A stretch of 64,000 nt of DNA, from NCBI GenBank assembly GCA_963727445.1, contig CAVSGI010000025.1, positions 42,041 to 106,040 of the forward strand. Reading direction: 5' to 3'. The notes under the pieces were generated by a model. That model did not search any database. It saw only the letters and a program-made list of their open reading frames with translations, and was not told the origin of the DNA. The position numbers were made by a program, and so were the translations under genes. Positions 43,204 through 53,920 of this stretch are shown here, piece by piece (position 1 is the first letter of the stretch; every line of letters begins with the position of its first letter). The stretch comes from an uncultured delta proteobacterium. GTDB lineage: Bacteria; Myxococcota_A; Polyangia; Polyangiales; B10-G4.

Positions 43204-45330
43204 ATGCGGCTTTGCCTCGCCTCGTTCACGCTCACCCTCGTGCTCGTCGGTTGTGGTGCGGCCTCCTCGGGTCAGGACGGTACGACCGCTGCGTCGATCG
43301 ACGTCCCCGAGCAGATCGCCGGCGACACCTACGCCGAGTTCGCGCGGATCTACGTGGGGCTCAAGCTCGACGACGGGGCGCGCCTGCCCCTGCGCGAGCG
43401 CCTCGTCGCCTACCTCACGCGCGATACCGACGCGCTCCTGCGGGAGGCCGAGTACGAGGACGTCCTCGATCGTTTCGCGACGATCATGGACTACTACTCG
43501 CCCGAGGACATCGGCGCGGGCCGCGTGCCCCGACAGGTCGGGCCCATCGCCGAAGCGGTGGTCGCCAAGGGCTCGCCGCTGGGCGACGAGGGCGCGGTGC
43601 TCTCCGCATATCTGGTCCTCGACGTGCTCCATCCGGACGACGGCTACCACGACAAGTACGAAGGCCTTGTCCGCTGGGGGCGGGAGGCGCGCGCCACGCT
43701 CCCGAACGCGATCGAGAAGTACAGCCGCCTCATCGACGTGTGGCAGAAGCACGCGCATCTGACGCCGACGCCGGAGGTGCTCGAGCACCTCGCCCGGCTT
43801 CACATCGAACGGCGCAACGCGATCCTGCAGCTGCTGCCGGGCGACGGTCCCGGGCTCTCGCTGCCCGACGGGGTGAGCTTCAACGAGCTGCGCATCGCGC
43901 CGATGATCCTTCGCCGCGCGCCGCTCGACGTCGCGGGCGTCTTCTTGGCGCATGGCGACGTGGCGTCGGCGCTCAGTCACGTCGAGGCGATGGGCGACAC
44001 CGGCGGCGCGGAGATGGCGTTGATCCGCGCGCTCCGCGATGCGCGCGACGGCGACGACGACGCGCAGCTGGAGCTGGCCTTCGCGTACGCGGAAGGCGAG
44101 CCCGAGGTGGCCGAAGGGCTCTGCCGCCACGGGCGTCGGCGCCGGCCCGACGATCCCCGCTACGCGGTCTGCCTCGCGCGCGTCGCGGCGGCAGAGGACG
44201 ATTTCGCCATGGCGACCGGCTGGTATGCGGATGCCATCGCGGTCGCGCCCGACGAGCGCGCGCTCTACGACGAGGCTCTCGACAACCTCGGTGCCTTCAT
44301 CGCCCGCGGGCTCTTCGACTCCGACCCCACCGAGGCCCGCGCGATGGCCCGGGCCGCGGAGAAGATCCTCGAGGAGCGCACGCAGCGATTCCCCGACAGC
44401 GAGCCGACGGTCACAGCCGAGCGCCTGCAGTACGTGGTCGGGCTCCTCGAGATGAACGCCGGCAACCCGGTGGAAGCGCGCCGCCGCCTCGAAGCGAGCG
44501 TCGAGGCGCGCGAGACCGCGGACGCCCACCTCGAGCTCGGCCGCATCGCGGAGAGCACGGGCCGCCCCGAGGACGCCGCGCGTCACTACCGCCGCGCTCT
44601 CGACCTCATCACCGGCGAAGGCCAGGACGCCGCGCGCGCCGAGCTCCAGGAACGTCTCGGCGATGCGCTGCGCGCCAGCGGCGACGACGATCAGGCCGAG
44701 CGCATGTACCGCCAGGCCCTCGAGCTCTGGAACGGTCTGGCGCGGCAAGCCGACGACGGCGACTCGCGCGCCCAGGTCGCCGTTCGGCGCGGCGTGCTCC
44801 TCGACTATCTCGGCCGCCGGGACGAAGCCCGTCAGGCGTTCCGCTCGGCGATGGACGAAGCGCCGGGGTCGCGCGAGATCTACGCGCGGATCCTGAGCCA
44901 CCTCGTGGTGTCGGCGCCCGACCTCGAGCTGGCGAACGAGGTCTTCGTCGCCGCGCAGCGGCAGCTCACCCTCGAGCCCGAGTGGAAGGTCTACTTCGCC
45001 CTGTGGGTGGTCGCCATCGCCTCGCGCGCCGGCGAGGATCCCGGGCCCGAAGCCAAGGCCGTCCTCCGCACCCACGCCACCGGCGACGAGTGGTGGGCGC
45101 GCCTCGCGAAGTTCGGGGTGGGCGAGCTCGGCTTCGACGAGCTCCTCGCCAACGCCGAGAGCATCGGCCAGCGCACCGAAGCGCACTTCTATCAGGGCGC
45201 CGCGCTCCTGGGGTCGGGCGATCGGGCGGGCGCCGACCGTCAGTTCCGCCTCGTCCTCGACTCGAACATGGTGAACTTCTACGAGTTCATCATGGCCCTC
45301 GAGCTGACGGGTCAGACCCGTCAGCAGTAG
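43204..45330 (+). CDS. TPR-repeat lipoprotein
   Basis: Lipobox LVGC; multiple TPR helices. Confidence 0.8.
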   Translation: MRLCLASFTLTLVLVGCGAASSGQDGTTAASIDVPEQIAGDTYAEFARIYVGLKLDDGARLPLRERLVAYLTRDTDALLREAEYEDVLDRFATIMDYYSPEDIGAGRVPRQVGPIAEAVVAKGSPLGDEGAVLSAYLVLDVLHPDDGYHDKYEGLVRWGREARATLPNAIEKYSRLIDVWQKHAHLTPTPEVLEHLARLHIERRNAILQLLPGDGPGLSLPDGVSFNELRIAPMILRRAPLDVAGVFLAHGDVASALSHVEAMGDTGGAEMALIRALRDARDGDDDAQLELAFAYAEGEPEVAEGLCRHGRRRRPDDPRYAVCLARVAAAEDDFAMATGWYADAIAVAPDERALYDEALDNLGAFIARGLFDSDPTEARAMARAAEKILEERTQRFPDSEPTVTAERLQYVVGLLEMNAGNPVEARRRLEASVEARETADAHLELGRIAESTGRPEDAARHYRRALDLITGEGQDAARAELQERLGDALRASGDDDQAERMYRQALELWNGLARQADDGDSRAQVAVRRGVLLDYLGRRDEARQAFRSAMDEAPGSREIYARILSHLVVSAPDLELANEVFVAAQRQLTLEPEWKVYFALWVVAIASRAGEDPGPEAKAVLRTHATGDEWWARLAKFGVGELGFDELLANAESIGQRTEAHFYQGAALLGSGDRAGADRQFRLVLDSNMVNFYEFIMALELTGQTRQQ

Positions 45331-45353
45331 GCTCGCGGAAGGCTGAAGAGCCC

Positions 45354-46217
45354 ATGCGCGACGACGAGGCGCCGAACCCCATTCCTGCCTGGGCGGCGGT
45401 GGTCCTGCCCATCGGCGCGTACATGGGGATCCACGCCGTCGTCCATCTCGGGGCGGCGGTGCGCGCCATGGGTCGCGGGCAACCGCTGGCGGACGCGCTG
45501 CACGCCGTCCTGTCGGACCCCTTCAACCTCGGCATCTTCCAGCTCGCCGGCTTCGGCGCGGTCATCGTCCTCGGCCTCTATCTCTTCGCGGCAGAGCGGA
45601 GTACCGCGCGCACTCTCGCCATCCGGCCGGTGCCGCTGCCCATCATCGTCTTCGCCGTGGTCGGCGGCGCCGCGCTGCAGTTCCCGCTCGCGGAGCTCGG
45701 CAACCTGATGGCGGAGATCTTCCCCCGCTCCCTCGAGGAGCAGCTCACGCAGCGGCGGCTCCTCACGCCGGAGGGCCCGCTGTCGGCGCTCGCCATCGTC
45801 TTCTCGGTCGTGGTGGCGGCGCCGCTCACCGAGGAGCTTTTGTTTCGGGGCCTGCTCCTTCCCGGACTCGCCGAACGCTACGGCGCGGCCTTCGCCCTCG
45901 GCGTCACGTCGCTGGGCTTCGGGGCGATCCACGCAGAGCCGGGCGCCATCGTGTATGCGACCGTCGCTGGGCTGGTGCTCGGCGCGATCACCCTGCGCAC
46001 CAAGAGCGTGCTGCCTGCGCTCGCGATGCACGGCGCGACCAACGCGATGCCGGTGCTCGTGCCCGAGCGCCTGCTGCGCATCCGCGGCTTCAACACGATC
46101 TCCGAGGAGGTGTACCATCTGCCCCTGGCGCTGCTCCTCGGCTCCGGTTTGGTGGCGGCGGCCGCGATCCTCGCGCTGGCGCGCTTCAACGATCTGATGG
46201 CCGATGAAGAACGGTGA
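45354..46217 (+). CDS. CPBP-family (CAAX protease/Abi) intramembrane metalloprotease
   Basis: EELLFRG, FGAIH, HGATN motifs. Confidence 0.9.
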   Translation: MRDDEAPNPIPAWAAVVLPIGAYMGIHAVVHLGAAVRAMGRGQPLADALHAVLSDPFNLGIFQLAGFGAVIVLGLYLFAAERSTARTLAIRPVPLPIIVFAVVGGAALQFPLAELGNLMAEIFPRSLEEQLTQRRLLTPEGPLSALAIVFSVVVAAPLTEELLFRGLLLPGLAERYGAAFALGVTSLGFGAIHAEPGAIVYATVAGLVLGAITLRTKSVLPALAMHGATNAMPVLVPERLLRIRGFNTISEEVYHLPLALLLGSGLVAAAAILALARFNDLMADEER

Positions 46218-47316
46218 CCCCGGCGACGAGAGCGCACCGAAGGTGGTGCGCGAGACGGCGCTCGTCCTGTGCGGCGGCGGCATCACGGGCGCCTTCTACG
46301 AAGTGGGCTGCCTCGCGGCTCTGGAAGACGCCTTCGAAGGCTTTCGCGCCTGTGACTTCGAGATCTTCGTCGGGACCTCGAGCGGCTCCACCGTGGCGCT
46401 GGCGCTGGCGGGCGGGATCGACGCCACGCGCCTCTATCGGGCGCTCCTCGATCCTTCCGACGACTTCTTCCCGCTGGCGCGCCATCACCTGTTGCGCTTC
46501 GACCTCGGGGAGTGGCGCCGGGTCTTCACCCAGGCGATGGGCTCGGCGCGCCACCTCTTCTCTTCGGCGGCCTCGCGTCCTCTCGAGCTCGACGTGTGGA
46601 ACGAGTTCGAGCGCTTCACCGACGCGCTGCCTGCGGGCATCTTCTCTCTGGACGCCTACGAGAAGTTCCTCGAAGAGTTCATGAAGCGTCGGGGGATCGC
46701 GTCGACCTTCTCGGGGCTCGACCGCAAGCTGGTGCTGGTGGCCAACGACCTCGACGACGGCCGGCGCGCGGTCTTCGGCATGGACGACCTTTCGCGGGTG
46801 CCCATCGCGCAGGCGGTGGTGGCTTCGAGCGCGGCGCCGGTGCTCTTCGCGCCGGTGCGCATCGGCGATCGCGACTACGTCGACGGGGGCCTCGGCGAGG
46901 TGGGCCACGTGGATCTCGCCGAGGAGCTCGGCGCCGACACGGTGGTGGTGATCAACCCGATGGTGCCGGTGCGCTCCGACATCCAGGACCGCAACGTCCC
47001 GACCGGAGCCGGCAAGCGCAAGCGGGTCCGAGACAAGGGCGTGCTCTGGGTCTACAACCAGGCGTGGCGCATGCGCACCGAGGGGCGCTTCCATCGGCTC
47101 CTCGACGACTACCGCGCCGACCACCCGAAGACCAAGGTCCTGCTCCTCGAGCCGGCGCCGGACGACGCCGTCATGTTCATGTACTCCCCGATGAACTTCG
47201 CCGCCCGGCGGGTGATCCTCGAGGACGGCTACAAGACGACCAAGGCCGTGCTTGAAGAAGAGGGCTCGGCCCTTCGGCGCGCCTTCACCGACAAGGGCCT
47301 CCGCTACAAGACTTGA
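46204..47316 (+). CDS. Patatin-like phospholipase
   Basis: GGGITG, GTSSG, DGG motifs. Confidence 0.92.
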   Translation: MKNGDPGDESAPKVVRETALVLCGGGITGAFYEVGCLAALEDAFEGFRACDFEIFVGTSSGSTVALALAGGIDATRLYRALLDPSDDFFPLARHHLLRFDLGEWRRVFTQAMGSARHLFSSAASRPLELDVWNEFERFTDALPAGIFSLDAYEKFLEEFMKRRGIASTFSGLDRKLVLVANDLDDGRRAVFGMDDLSRVPIAQAVVASSAAPVLFAPVRIGDRDYVDGGLGEVGHVDLAEELGADTVVVINPMVPVRSDIQDRNVPTGAGKRKRVRDKGVLWVYNQAWRMRTEGRFHRLLDDYRADHPKTKVLLLEPAPDDAVMFMYSPMNFAARRVILEDGYKTTKAVLEEEGSALRRAFTDKGLRYKT

Positions 47317-47441
47317 AGCGGCGGCAAGTGGGGCTTTCGACACCCCGCTTCCGGCCAGCGTCGTAGCCAGGGGGGCGCGAGGATCATTGATGTTTCGCTG
47401 TGCGGAGGGCTGGCGCGCCCCGTGCACTCAGGAGCGTCCAG

Positions 47442-48914
47442 ATGAAGAAGCTTCTTCCCATCTCCCTGCTCCTCGCTCTCGCCGGTTGCGCGATGAACGC
47501 CGACACGGGGCCGCTCGACAACGACCCGCCGCTGGCGAGCGCAGACGAGCTTCTCGAGGGTGCGCCCTCGAACGACGAGCTGCCCCTCGAGGGCAAGGCC
47601 GACGATGTCTACCCCACGACCTTCGACCTGCACTCCCTGCAGGCGCCCATCCGCAACCAGCAGAGCCGCGGCGTCTGCTCGATCTTCTCGGCCGTCGGCC
47701 TGATGGAGCATCTCTACATCGCCGAAGGCACGATCACCGACCCGGACTTCTCGGAGCAGTTCCTCCAGTGGTCGGTGAAGAACGAAGTGCGCGCGTTCCG
47801 CGACACCGGCGGCTCGAGCTCACGCTACAACCTGCAGGCGATCCATCAGTTCGGCCTCGTGGAAGAGCACGTGTGGCCTTACGAGGGCTACAAGTGGACC
47901 AGCGCCAACGATCAGGCGTGCACCGGTGAGGACGACCAGCCCACGCGCTGCTACACCAACGGCGACGCGACCGAAGAGATGCTCGCCGCCGAGCGCTTCC
48001 ATCTGCCCGCCGGCCGCTGGATCAACTCCAACGCGCGCAGCATCAAGGGCCACATGGTCGAGACCAACACCGGCGTCGTCGTCGGCGGCACCTTCTACTA
48101 CCAGGCGTGGAACCACCGCCGCTCCTCGTTGCCCGTGTCGAGCGAGTACTTCGCCCAGGGCTACGTGCTTTCGCCGAACGAGGAAGACCGCCAGGCCAGC
48201 ATGGAGCATCGCGCCGGGCACTCCTTCGTGCTCATCGGCTGGGACGACGACCTCGAGGTGCAGAAGCACGACGCCGAGGGCAACCTCATGGAGGACGCCG
48301 ACGGCAACCCGGTGATGGAGAAGGGGTTCTTCCTCTTCCGTAACAGCTGGGGCACCAGCTCCTTCGGCACCCAGAACGAGTTCGGCCCGGGCTACGGCTG
48401 GATCAGCTACGCCTACGTCCAGGAGCTCAGCGCCTACGTCTCGGGCAAGCCCGACGTGATGACGCACCCCGGCGAGATCTGCAACGACGGCGAGGACAAC
48501 GACGGCAACGGCGCCGCCGACTGCGCCGACCCCGCCTGCAGCGCCGAGCCGGCCTGCATGATGCCCGCCGGCAACTACCAGAACACGACGGCCGTCGAGA
48601 TCCCCGACAACGACAGCGGCGGCGTCGACAGCACCATCACCATCACGGACGCCGGCACCATCTCCAGCCTCGCGGTCACGGTGAACATCACCCACAGCTA
48701 CCGCGGCGATCTCCGCGTGCACCTCATCAAGGACGACCAGGAGGTCGTGCTCGCCGACCGCGAAGGCGGCAGCCAGCACGACCTGATGAAGACCTTCAGC
48801 GTCGATGACTTCGACGGCGACAGCATTCAGGGCGAGTGGACGCTCCGTGTGAGCGACAACGCCCGCGCCGACACCGGCACCCTCGAGGGGTGGTCGATGG
48901 AGGTGACCTTCTAG
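47442..48914 (+). CDS. Papain-family (C1) cysteine peptidase lipoprotein with proprotein-convertase P-domain
   Basis: Lipobox LAGC; QQSRGVC, GHSFVLIGW, RNSWG; ITHSYRGDL...GEWTLRV P-domain. Confidence 0.88.
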   Translation: MKKLLPISLLLALAGCAMNADTGPLDNDPPLASADELLEGAPSNDELPLEGKADDVYPTTFDLHSLQAPIRNQQSRGVCSIFSAVGLMEHLYIAEGTITDPDFSEQFLQWSVKNEVRAFRDTGGSSSRYNLQAIHQFGLVEEHVWPYEGYKWTSANDQACTGEDDQPTRCYTNGDATEEMLAAERFHLPAGRWINSNARSIKGHMVETNTGVVVGGTFYYQAWNHRRSSLPVSSEYFAQGYVLSPNEEDRQASMEHRAGHSFVLIGWDDDLEVQKHDAEGNLMEDADGNPVMEKGFFLFRNSWGTSSFGTQNEFGPGYGWISYAYVQELSAYVSGKPDVMTHPGEICNDGEDNDGNGAADCADPACSAEPACMMPAGNYQNTTAVEIPDNDSGGVDSTITITDAGTISSLAVTVNITHSYRGDLRVHLIKDDQEVVLADREGGSQHDLMKTFSVDDFDGDSIQGEWTLRVSDNARADTGTLEGWSMEVTF

Positions 48915-48966
48915 CGACTTGGATTGGATTCGTTTCTACGGCCCGGGGAGGGGCCGTGGGAGGGGA

Positions 48967-48998
48967 GGGGGCCCGATTCTGGGGAGGATCGGGCCCCC
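48967..48998. terminator. Hairpin between convergent genes
   Basis: GGGGGCCCGAT and ATCGGGCCCCC arms, followed by AGTTTT. Confidence 0.6.
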
Positions 48999-49003
48999 AG
49001 TTT

Positions 49004-49798
49004 TCAATTCGCCTCGCCGCTGACCGCCGCGCTGACCGAGCCGCCGGGAGACGAGCTGACCGTCACCTCCGCGGAGTGTGCGCCCGCGGCCGACGGTGCG
49101 TAGATCACCTCGATCGTGCACGTGCCGTCGCCGGCGAGCGCGCTGCCGGAGCACTCATCGGCGCCGATGAGGAATTGGGCTGCGTCCACCCCGGCCAGGG
49201 AGACCGAGAGCACCCCGGCGGCGCATAGAGCCGTGACCGTCAGCGTGAGCGGGTCGCTCGTCTCGCCGACGGACAGCGTCCCGAAGCTCGAAGGAGTGGG
49301 AGTGATGGTGAGCGCGGGAGGATGAGAGACCGTCGCCATCATCGACGCAGTAACCCGCGCGCTTCGCTCGCTCACCTCGAGGCTCGCAGAGTTGCTGCCG
49401 ATGCTGCCTTCATCCGTTGCGTGCACCTGAATCGTGCAGTCCTCGCCGACCGCCAGCATCGGGGGGCAATCGTTGGCCGCGATGGTGAAGGCGGTGGATC
49501 CGCTGAGCTCTGCACGAAGGTCGACGGCCGGCGCGTCCCCGACGTTGGTCACGAGGAAGGGGGCGTCGGAGCCTTCCGGGCAGATGACGCTGCCGAAATT
49601 CCAGAACGCAGGGTCGATGACCAGCTCTGCTTGCGCCGTCGACGTGGAGTCGGGGATGTCGGCGGAGTCGGTCGTGGCGTCGCCTCCCATCGCCGAGTCC
49701 GCCGGACCGTCCGAGTCGCCACAGGCGACGAAGATCCAGACCAGCGCCAGCGCCGTGCCGAATCGTCTGGCGCGCCGCGCGCGCGATGAACGAGCCAT
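49004..49798 (-). CDS. Lipoprotein with two Ig-like (choice-of-anchor D/ASH-like) domains
   Basis: Lipobox FVAC; FG.V...VTNVG...C...LA.G..CTI.V repeats. Confidence 0.7.
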   Translation of the reverse strand: MARSSRARRARRFGTALALVWIFVACGDSDGPADSAMGGDATTDSADIPDSTSTAQAELVIDPAFWNFGSVICPEGSDAPFLVTNVGDAPAVDLRAELSGSTAFTIAANDCPPMLAVGEDCTIQVHATDEGSIGSNSASLEVSERSARVTASMMATVSHPPALTITPTPSSFGTLSVGETSDPLTLTVTALCAAGVLSVSLAGVDAAQFLIGADECSGSALAGDGTCTIEVIYAPSAAGAHSAEVTVSSSPGGSVSAAVSGEAN

Positions 49799-49988
49799 GT
49801 CCCTCCCCCTTGGTCGCCCGGGCGTGAAAGCCCGGCGAGCTCGGTCAAGCGTTCGAGCCCGCGCTTGTGCTCATCATACCAGATTTCAGGCGGAGCTCGG
49901 CGTCATCGAAGCGCGGGCTAGCCTCCACGCGCACCGGCACCGCCGAGAACGCGCGCCACTCCCGCCCGCTGATATCCTCCGGGCGCCC

Positions 49989-50894
49989 ATGCGCATCCCC
50001 GTCACCGTCGTCACGGGCTTTCTCGGGGCGGGCAAGTCCACGCTCGTCGACCGCTGGCTCGGGGAGCTGCCGCGCCACGAGACGGCGGTGATCGTCAACG
50101 AGGCGGGGGAGATCGGCATCGACGGCGCGCTCCTCGGCGCGCGCGCGGGGCGCCTGCGCGAGATCACCGGCGGCTGCGTGTGCTGCGCGACGCAGGTCGA
50201 GCTCGCCGCCGCCCTCGCGGAGCTCGCCGACGCCCAGCCCGCGCCCACGCGCATCCTCGTCGAGACCTCCGGCGCCGCTTCGCCCGCGGGCGTGGTCCGG
50301 CCGTTGACCCGCGGACGCGCCGCCGATCGCCTCCGCCTCGACGGCATCATCACCGTCGTCGACGCCACCCGCGTCGAGCGCGCCCTCGCCCACGCCCTCG
50401 CCATCGAGCAGCTCGGCTTCGCCGACGTCGTCCTGCTGACCCACCTCGACCGCTTCGACGGCGACCCCGCCTCCATCGAAGCGCGGCTCGTCGCCCACGC
50501 CCCGAGCGCCGTCCTCGCCCACGCCCCCCACTCGCTTCTGCCGCTCCTCGACGCCCGCGCCGACGTCCTGCGCATTCTCTCCGACGGCGCCGCGAGCCCC
50601 CACCCGATCGACGCCGTCTCCCTCACCCTCGACGGCGCCCTCGACGAGGATCGCTTCGGCGATTGGGTCGAAGCCGAGCTCGGCGCCATCGAAGCGCGCC
50701 TGCTCCGGGTCAAGGGCATCCTCGCCCTCGACGGCGTCGACGCGCGCGTGATCGTCCAGGGCGTCGGCGAAGCCATCGAGGTCACCCTCGGCGCCCCCTG
50801 GGGCGACGCCCCGCGCACCAGCCGCCTCGTCATCCTCGGCCTCGGCCTCGACGCCGCCGCGCTCGAGCTCGGGTTTCGGGCGTGCGGCGTTTGA
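49989..50894 (+). CDS. CobW/COG0523 GTPase metallochaperone
   Basis: TGFLGAGKST, VNEAG, GCVCC, ETSG, RVKG motifs. Confidence 0.93.
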   Translation: MRIPVTVVTGFLGAGKSTLVDRWLGELPRHETAVIVNEAGEIGIDGALLGARAGRLREITGGCVCCATQVELAAALAELADAQPAPTRILVETSGAASPAGVVRPLTRGRAADRLRLDGIITVVDATRVERALAHALAIEQLGFADVVLLTHLDRFDGDPASIEARLVAHAPSAVLAHAPHSLLPLLDARADVLRILSDGAASPHPIDAVSLTLDGALDEDRFGDWVEAELGAIEARLLRVKGILALDGVDARVIVQGVGEAIEVTLGAPWGDAPRTSRLVILGLGLDAAALELGFRACGV

Positions 50895-51047
50895 GGTCGA
50901 GAGGCCGTCGAGCGCGCCATGGCGCTCGGGGTCGCCGCGGACCGAATGCGCGAGGCCGGCGGCGAAGAGATGGCGAGCTAGGGCAACAAGAAACGCAACC
51001 CGCCGCGGCCGGGATCGATAAGGGCACATCTCGGTTCGGAGGAGCCC

Positions 51048-51563
51048 ATGTTTCCCACTCTCGCCGCGCGTTCGTTCGTCCTTTTTCTCTTCGCCCTGAC
51101 CATCGTCGGCTGCGTCGCCGATACGCGCCGGTACCCCGCCGAGTGTCGCTGCGTGGTCGAGACGGGCGGTGAGGTGTACGACCTTCCTTGCGGCGTGCAG
51201 GCGTGTCTCGACGGCGTCGGCGTCGAGTGCCGGAGCGCGGAGGAAGCGCGGCCCATCGACATCGCCTGCGATGACGACGAGACCGCCATCGAGGAAGGCG
51301 TTTGTGAAGGACAGCCGGACTTCTGCGGCTCCTACTATGGCACCACCGATTGCCCCGCCCACTGCGACATCAACCTCATCAGTATCTACTTCTACTGCGC
51401 TGAGCCAGCCACGCCCGTGCGATGCGAAGACCAGCGCGGAGAGTGGGAATGCGAGGGCGTGAAGGGCTGCTCCTGGGAGCCCGCGCCGTGCTCGTATTCC
51501 GAAAACGGCTGTGCGGGAAGCGACGAAGAGAGCGCTGCGACTGAAGAGGACGCGGTGCCCTGA
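51048..51563 (+). CDS. Cys-rich hypothetical lipoprotein
   Basis: GGAG RBS; lipobox IVGC; many cysteines. Confidence 0.65.
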   Translation: MFPTLAARSFVLFLFALTIVGCVADTRRYPAECRCVVETGGEVYDLPCGVQACLDGVGVECRSAEEARPIDIACDDDETAIEEGVCEGQPDFCGSYYGTTDCPAHCDINLISIYFYCAEPATPVRCEDQRGEWECEGVKGCSWEPAPCSYSENGCAGSDEESAATEEDAVP

Positions 51564-51596
51564 GCGCACTCATGGGTGCGCTACGCTTCCCCTCCG

Positions 51597-52358
51597 ATGA
51601 AGTACGCGCCGCCACCCGAGATCCTCGCTCGCCTGAGCGAAGCGAACGTGGAGGAGGCGCTCCGCGCGCTCTACGTGACGCGCGCCGGGAGCACGCTCAG
51701 GCCGGAAGAGGTGAAGAAGATCCCGCAGCTCGCGGGGCTTCTGCCGGTGCTCGCGCGCACGGGCCGCGACCCGCGCCTGGTCGACGCGGCGGCGGGGCGG
51801 GCGCCGGTCGGCCTGATGGCCGCCATGCTCTTAGAATGGTCGAACGTGGTGGTCATCGAGCGGGAGCCGGAGCGGGCTCTGTCTGCACGACGCGCGGCGG
51901 CGCGCGTGCCCGGGCTCGACGTCGACGTCCGCGAAGGCGACGTGGCCGACGCGCGCGTGTGGCCCGCGGCGGCCGAGGTCGTGGTCGCGCTTCATGCCTG
52001 CGGTCCGGCGTTCGACGAAGTGGTGAACCAGGCGATGGCCAGGGACGTGCCCTGGATCGTCGCGGTCCCCTGCTGCTACGCGGACGCCGTCCCTTTCGCC
52101 GACGTCGCGCGCGCCTGGGCCGACCACCTGGGCGTCGCCGCCCAGGCGCCCGTCCGCCGTCGCTTCGTCGAGTCGCTCATCGACACCGAGCGGACACTGC
52201 GGCTCGAAGCGGCTGGCTACCGGGTGTCGGTGCAGGCCTTCGTGCCCCCGACGGTCACCCCGCACAACCTGGTGTGGAAGGCGCAGCACGTTGGAGCCGG
52301 CCGACGTGCAGCCGAGGCCGAGGAGCGTTGGGGCAGGTTGGTGAGCGGGCCGGGGTAG
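51597..52358 (+). CDS. SAM-dependent methyltransferase-like protein
   Basis: LVDAAAGRA, ALHACG, VPCC, TPHN motifs. Confidence 0.8.
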   Translation: MKYAPPPEILARLSEANVEEALRALYVTRAGSTLRPEEVKKIPQLAGLLPVLARTGRDPRLVDAAAGRAPVGLMAAMLLEWSNVVVIEREPERALSARRAAARVPGLDVDVREGDVADARVWPAAAEVVVALHACGPAFDEVVNQAMARDVPWIVAVPCCYADAVPFADVARAWADHLGVAAQAPVRRRFVESLIDTERTLRLEAAGYRVSVQAFVPPTVTPHNLVWKAQHVGAGRRAAEAEERWGRLVSGPG

Positions 52359-52461
52359 GGGCTTGGCTCCCGATCTCCCGTATCCTTCGTGAATGTCCCC
52401 GAGGGCTCGGCGTCCCAATCGCCGTGACACGCACCGCTGCCGCCGTCCCCGAGGGCACGCC

Positions 52462-53553
52462 GTGACCCGCTGGCTCGCGCTCGTGTGGGCGCTCTCTTTG
52501 TGGCTCGCCTCGTCGATGGGCTGCGGCGGCGGCGCGGGGGCAGCCGGGGGGACAGGCGGGGGGCGCGGGGGAGACACCGTGCAGTCGGGAAGCGTCGACG
52601 ACACCTCGGGCGGCACCTCGCTTCGAGACGCGCGCCAGATCCCGGAGATGAGGCTCGACACATCCGCGGTGCGGGAGCGCGTGGTGACGGAGTGGGACGC
52701 GGGGTCGCTCTTCCCCTTCCAAACGTGGCCGGGGGTGGAGGGGCGCCGTCGCGGCATCGTGATGTCCGCCGGCCTTCAGCCGTGGGGCGGGGGCGTCATC
52801 TGGTCCGGCGGCCTGGACGTCGACGCCCAGCGCACGGAGTACCGCTTCTACGCCGAGGGCTCGAGCGCCTACGCCGTCTACTGGGCATCGCCGGACGGCC
52901 GCGGCGAAAACCCCATGAGCTGGACGGTGCGGGATCCAAACGGCGGCGACCGCCAGATAGCCACGGCGATGTTCCGCTACGACACGCCCAACGCGTGGGG
53001 GCTCCATCGCCGGGCCCACCTCGTCGAGGTCGACGCCCTCAGCCTCGCCAGCGGATCGAACGGCGGTCTTCACTTCGTCATCGAGAGCGCCCGCGTCCTC
53101 GACGGCACGGCCGACTTCCCGCTCGTCGTGGAAGACGCGCTGATGCAGCTGCGCCAGCGCTTCGACGACGCGCTCCGAGCCGCCGCCGCCGACACGGACC
53201 GCATCCTCGAGGCGCGCCGCCGCACCGTGCCGCCGGACTACGAGCACCGCACCGGTCGACCGCCGGTGGTCGTCGTGTTCCCCACCTGGCGGGACGCGGA
53301 GCGGCAGATGGTCGCCATCTTCTACGCCCGCTACGAGGAAGCGCACCTCGGGGAGGAGCAGGAACGGATGACCCAGTGTCCGCCGTGCCCCTGCAGCCCC
53401 GACGGACGATGCGCCCCCTGCGCTCGCTGCGATTCACATCCCGAGACCTTCCGCCCACAGATCAACGCCGGCTGGGAGATGGCCGCCCGCTACATCGTCA
53501 GCCACGACGGCCGACTCCTCGACGCGGAGATTCTGGCGGCGAAGGCGCGTTGA
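52462..53553 (+). CDS. Hypothetical lipoprotein
   Basis: Hydrophobic N-terminus ending SMGC; CPPCPC...CAPCARC cluster; start uncertain. Confidence 0.65.
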   Translation: MTRWLALVWALSLWLASSMGCGGGAGAAGGTGGGRGGDTVQSGSVDDTSGGTSLRDARQIPEMRLDTSAVRERVVTEWDAGSLFPFQTWPGVEGRRRGIVMSAGLQPWGGGVIWSGGLDVDAQRTEYRFYAEGSSAYAVYWASPDGRGENPMSWTVRDPNGGDRQIATAMFRYDTPNAWGLHRRAHLVEVDALSLASGSNGGLHFVIESARVLDGTADFPLVVEDALMQLRQRFDDALRAAAADTDRILEARRRTVPPDYEHRTGRPPVVVVFPTWRDAERQMVAIFYARYEEAHLGEEQERMTQCPPCPCSPDGRCAPCARCDSHPETFRPQINAGWEMAARYIVSHDGRLLDAEILAAKAR

Positions 53554-53707
53554 GCGGCTGGGTGCGCGGCGTGGTTCATCTGATCACGCCTCCGCCACTC
53601 CCGAGAGTGGCCGGCGCCCGCCCAATAGCAACGGTCGACGCACGAGTCGTCGCCGTCGCACGCGCATCGCGCGCTATACTCTGACGGTCGCCGACAACCC
53701 GGTTTCG

Positions 53708-53920
53708 GAGCTCGGAGACCTCCTCGAATGCGCTGCGGAGCCACGAGCCAGGGAGATAGTCATGACCACCGCCGAGAGACTGCGCCGGGAAGGGCGCGAG
53801 GAAGGGGACAAGAAAGCGCGCTCCGACGTCCTCGTGCGCCTGCTCACCACCGCAATCGCCTGCGTCGGATGTGGGGCAAGCGCTGTCGCAATGGCGGGCG
53901 ACGACGGGACGCGGCCGTGA
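53708..53920 (+). pseudogene. Remnant of the C-terminal part of an Rpn/YhgA-like gene
   Basis: In-frame ELGDLLECAAEPRAREIV-MTTAERLRREGREEG...VLVRLLT, then unrelated sequence; not in the ORF track. Confidence 0.6.
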
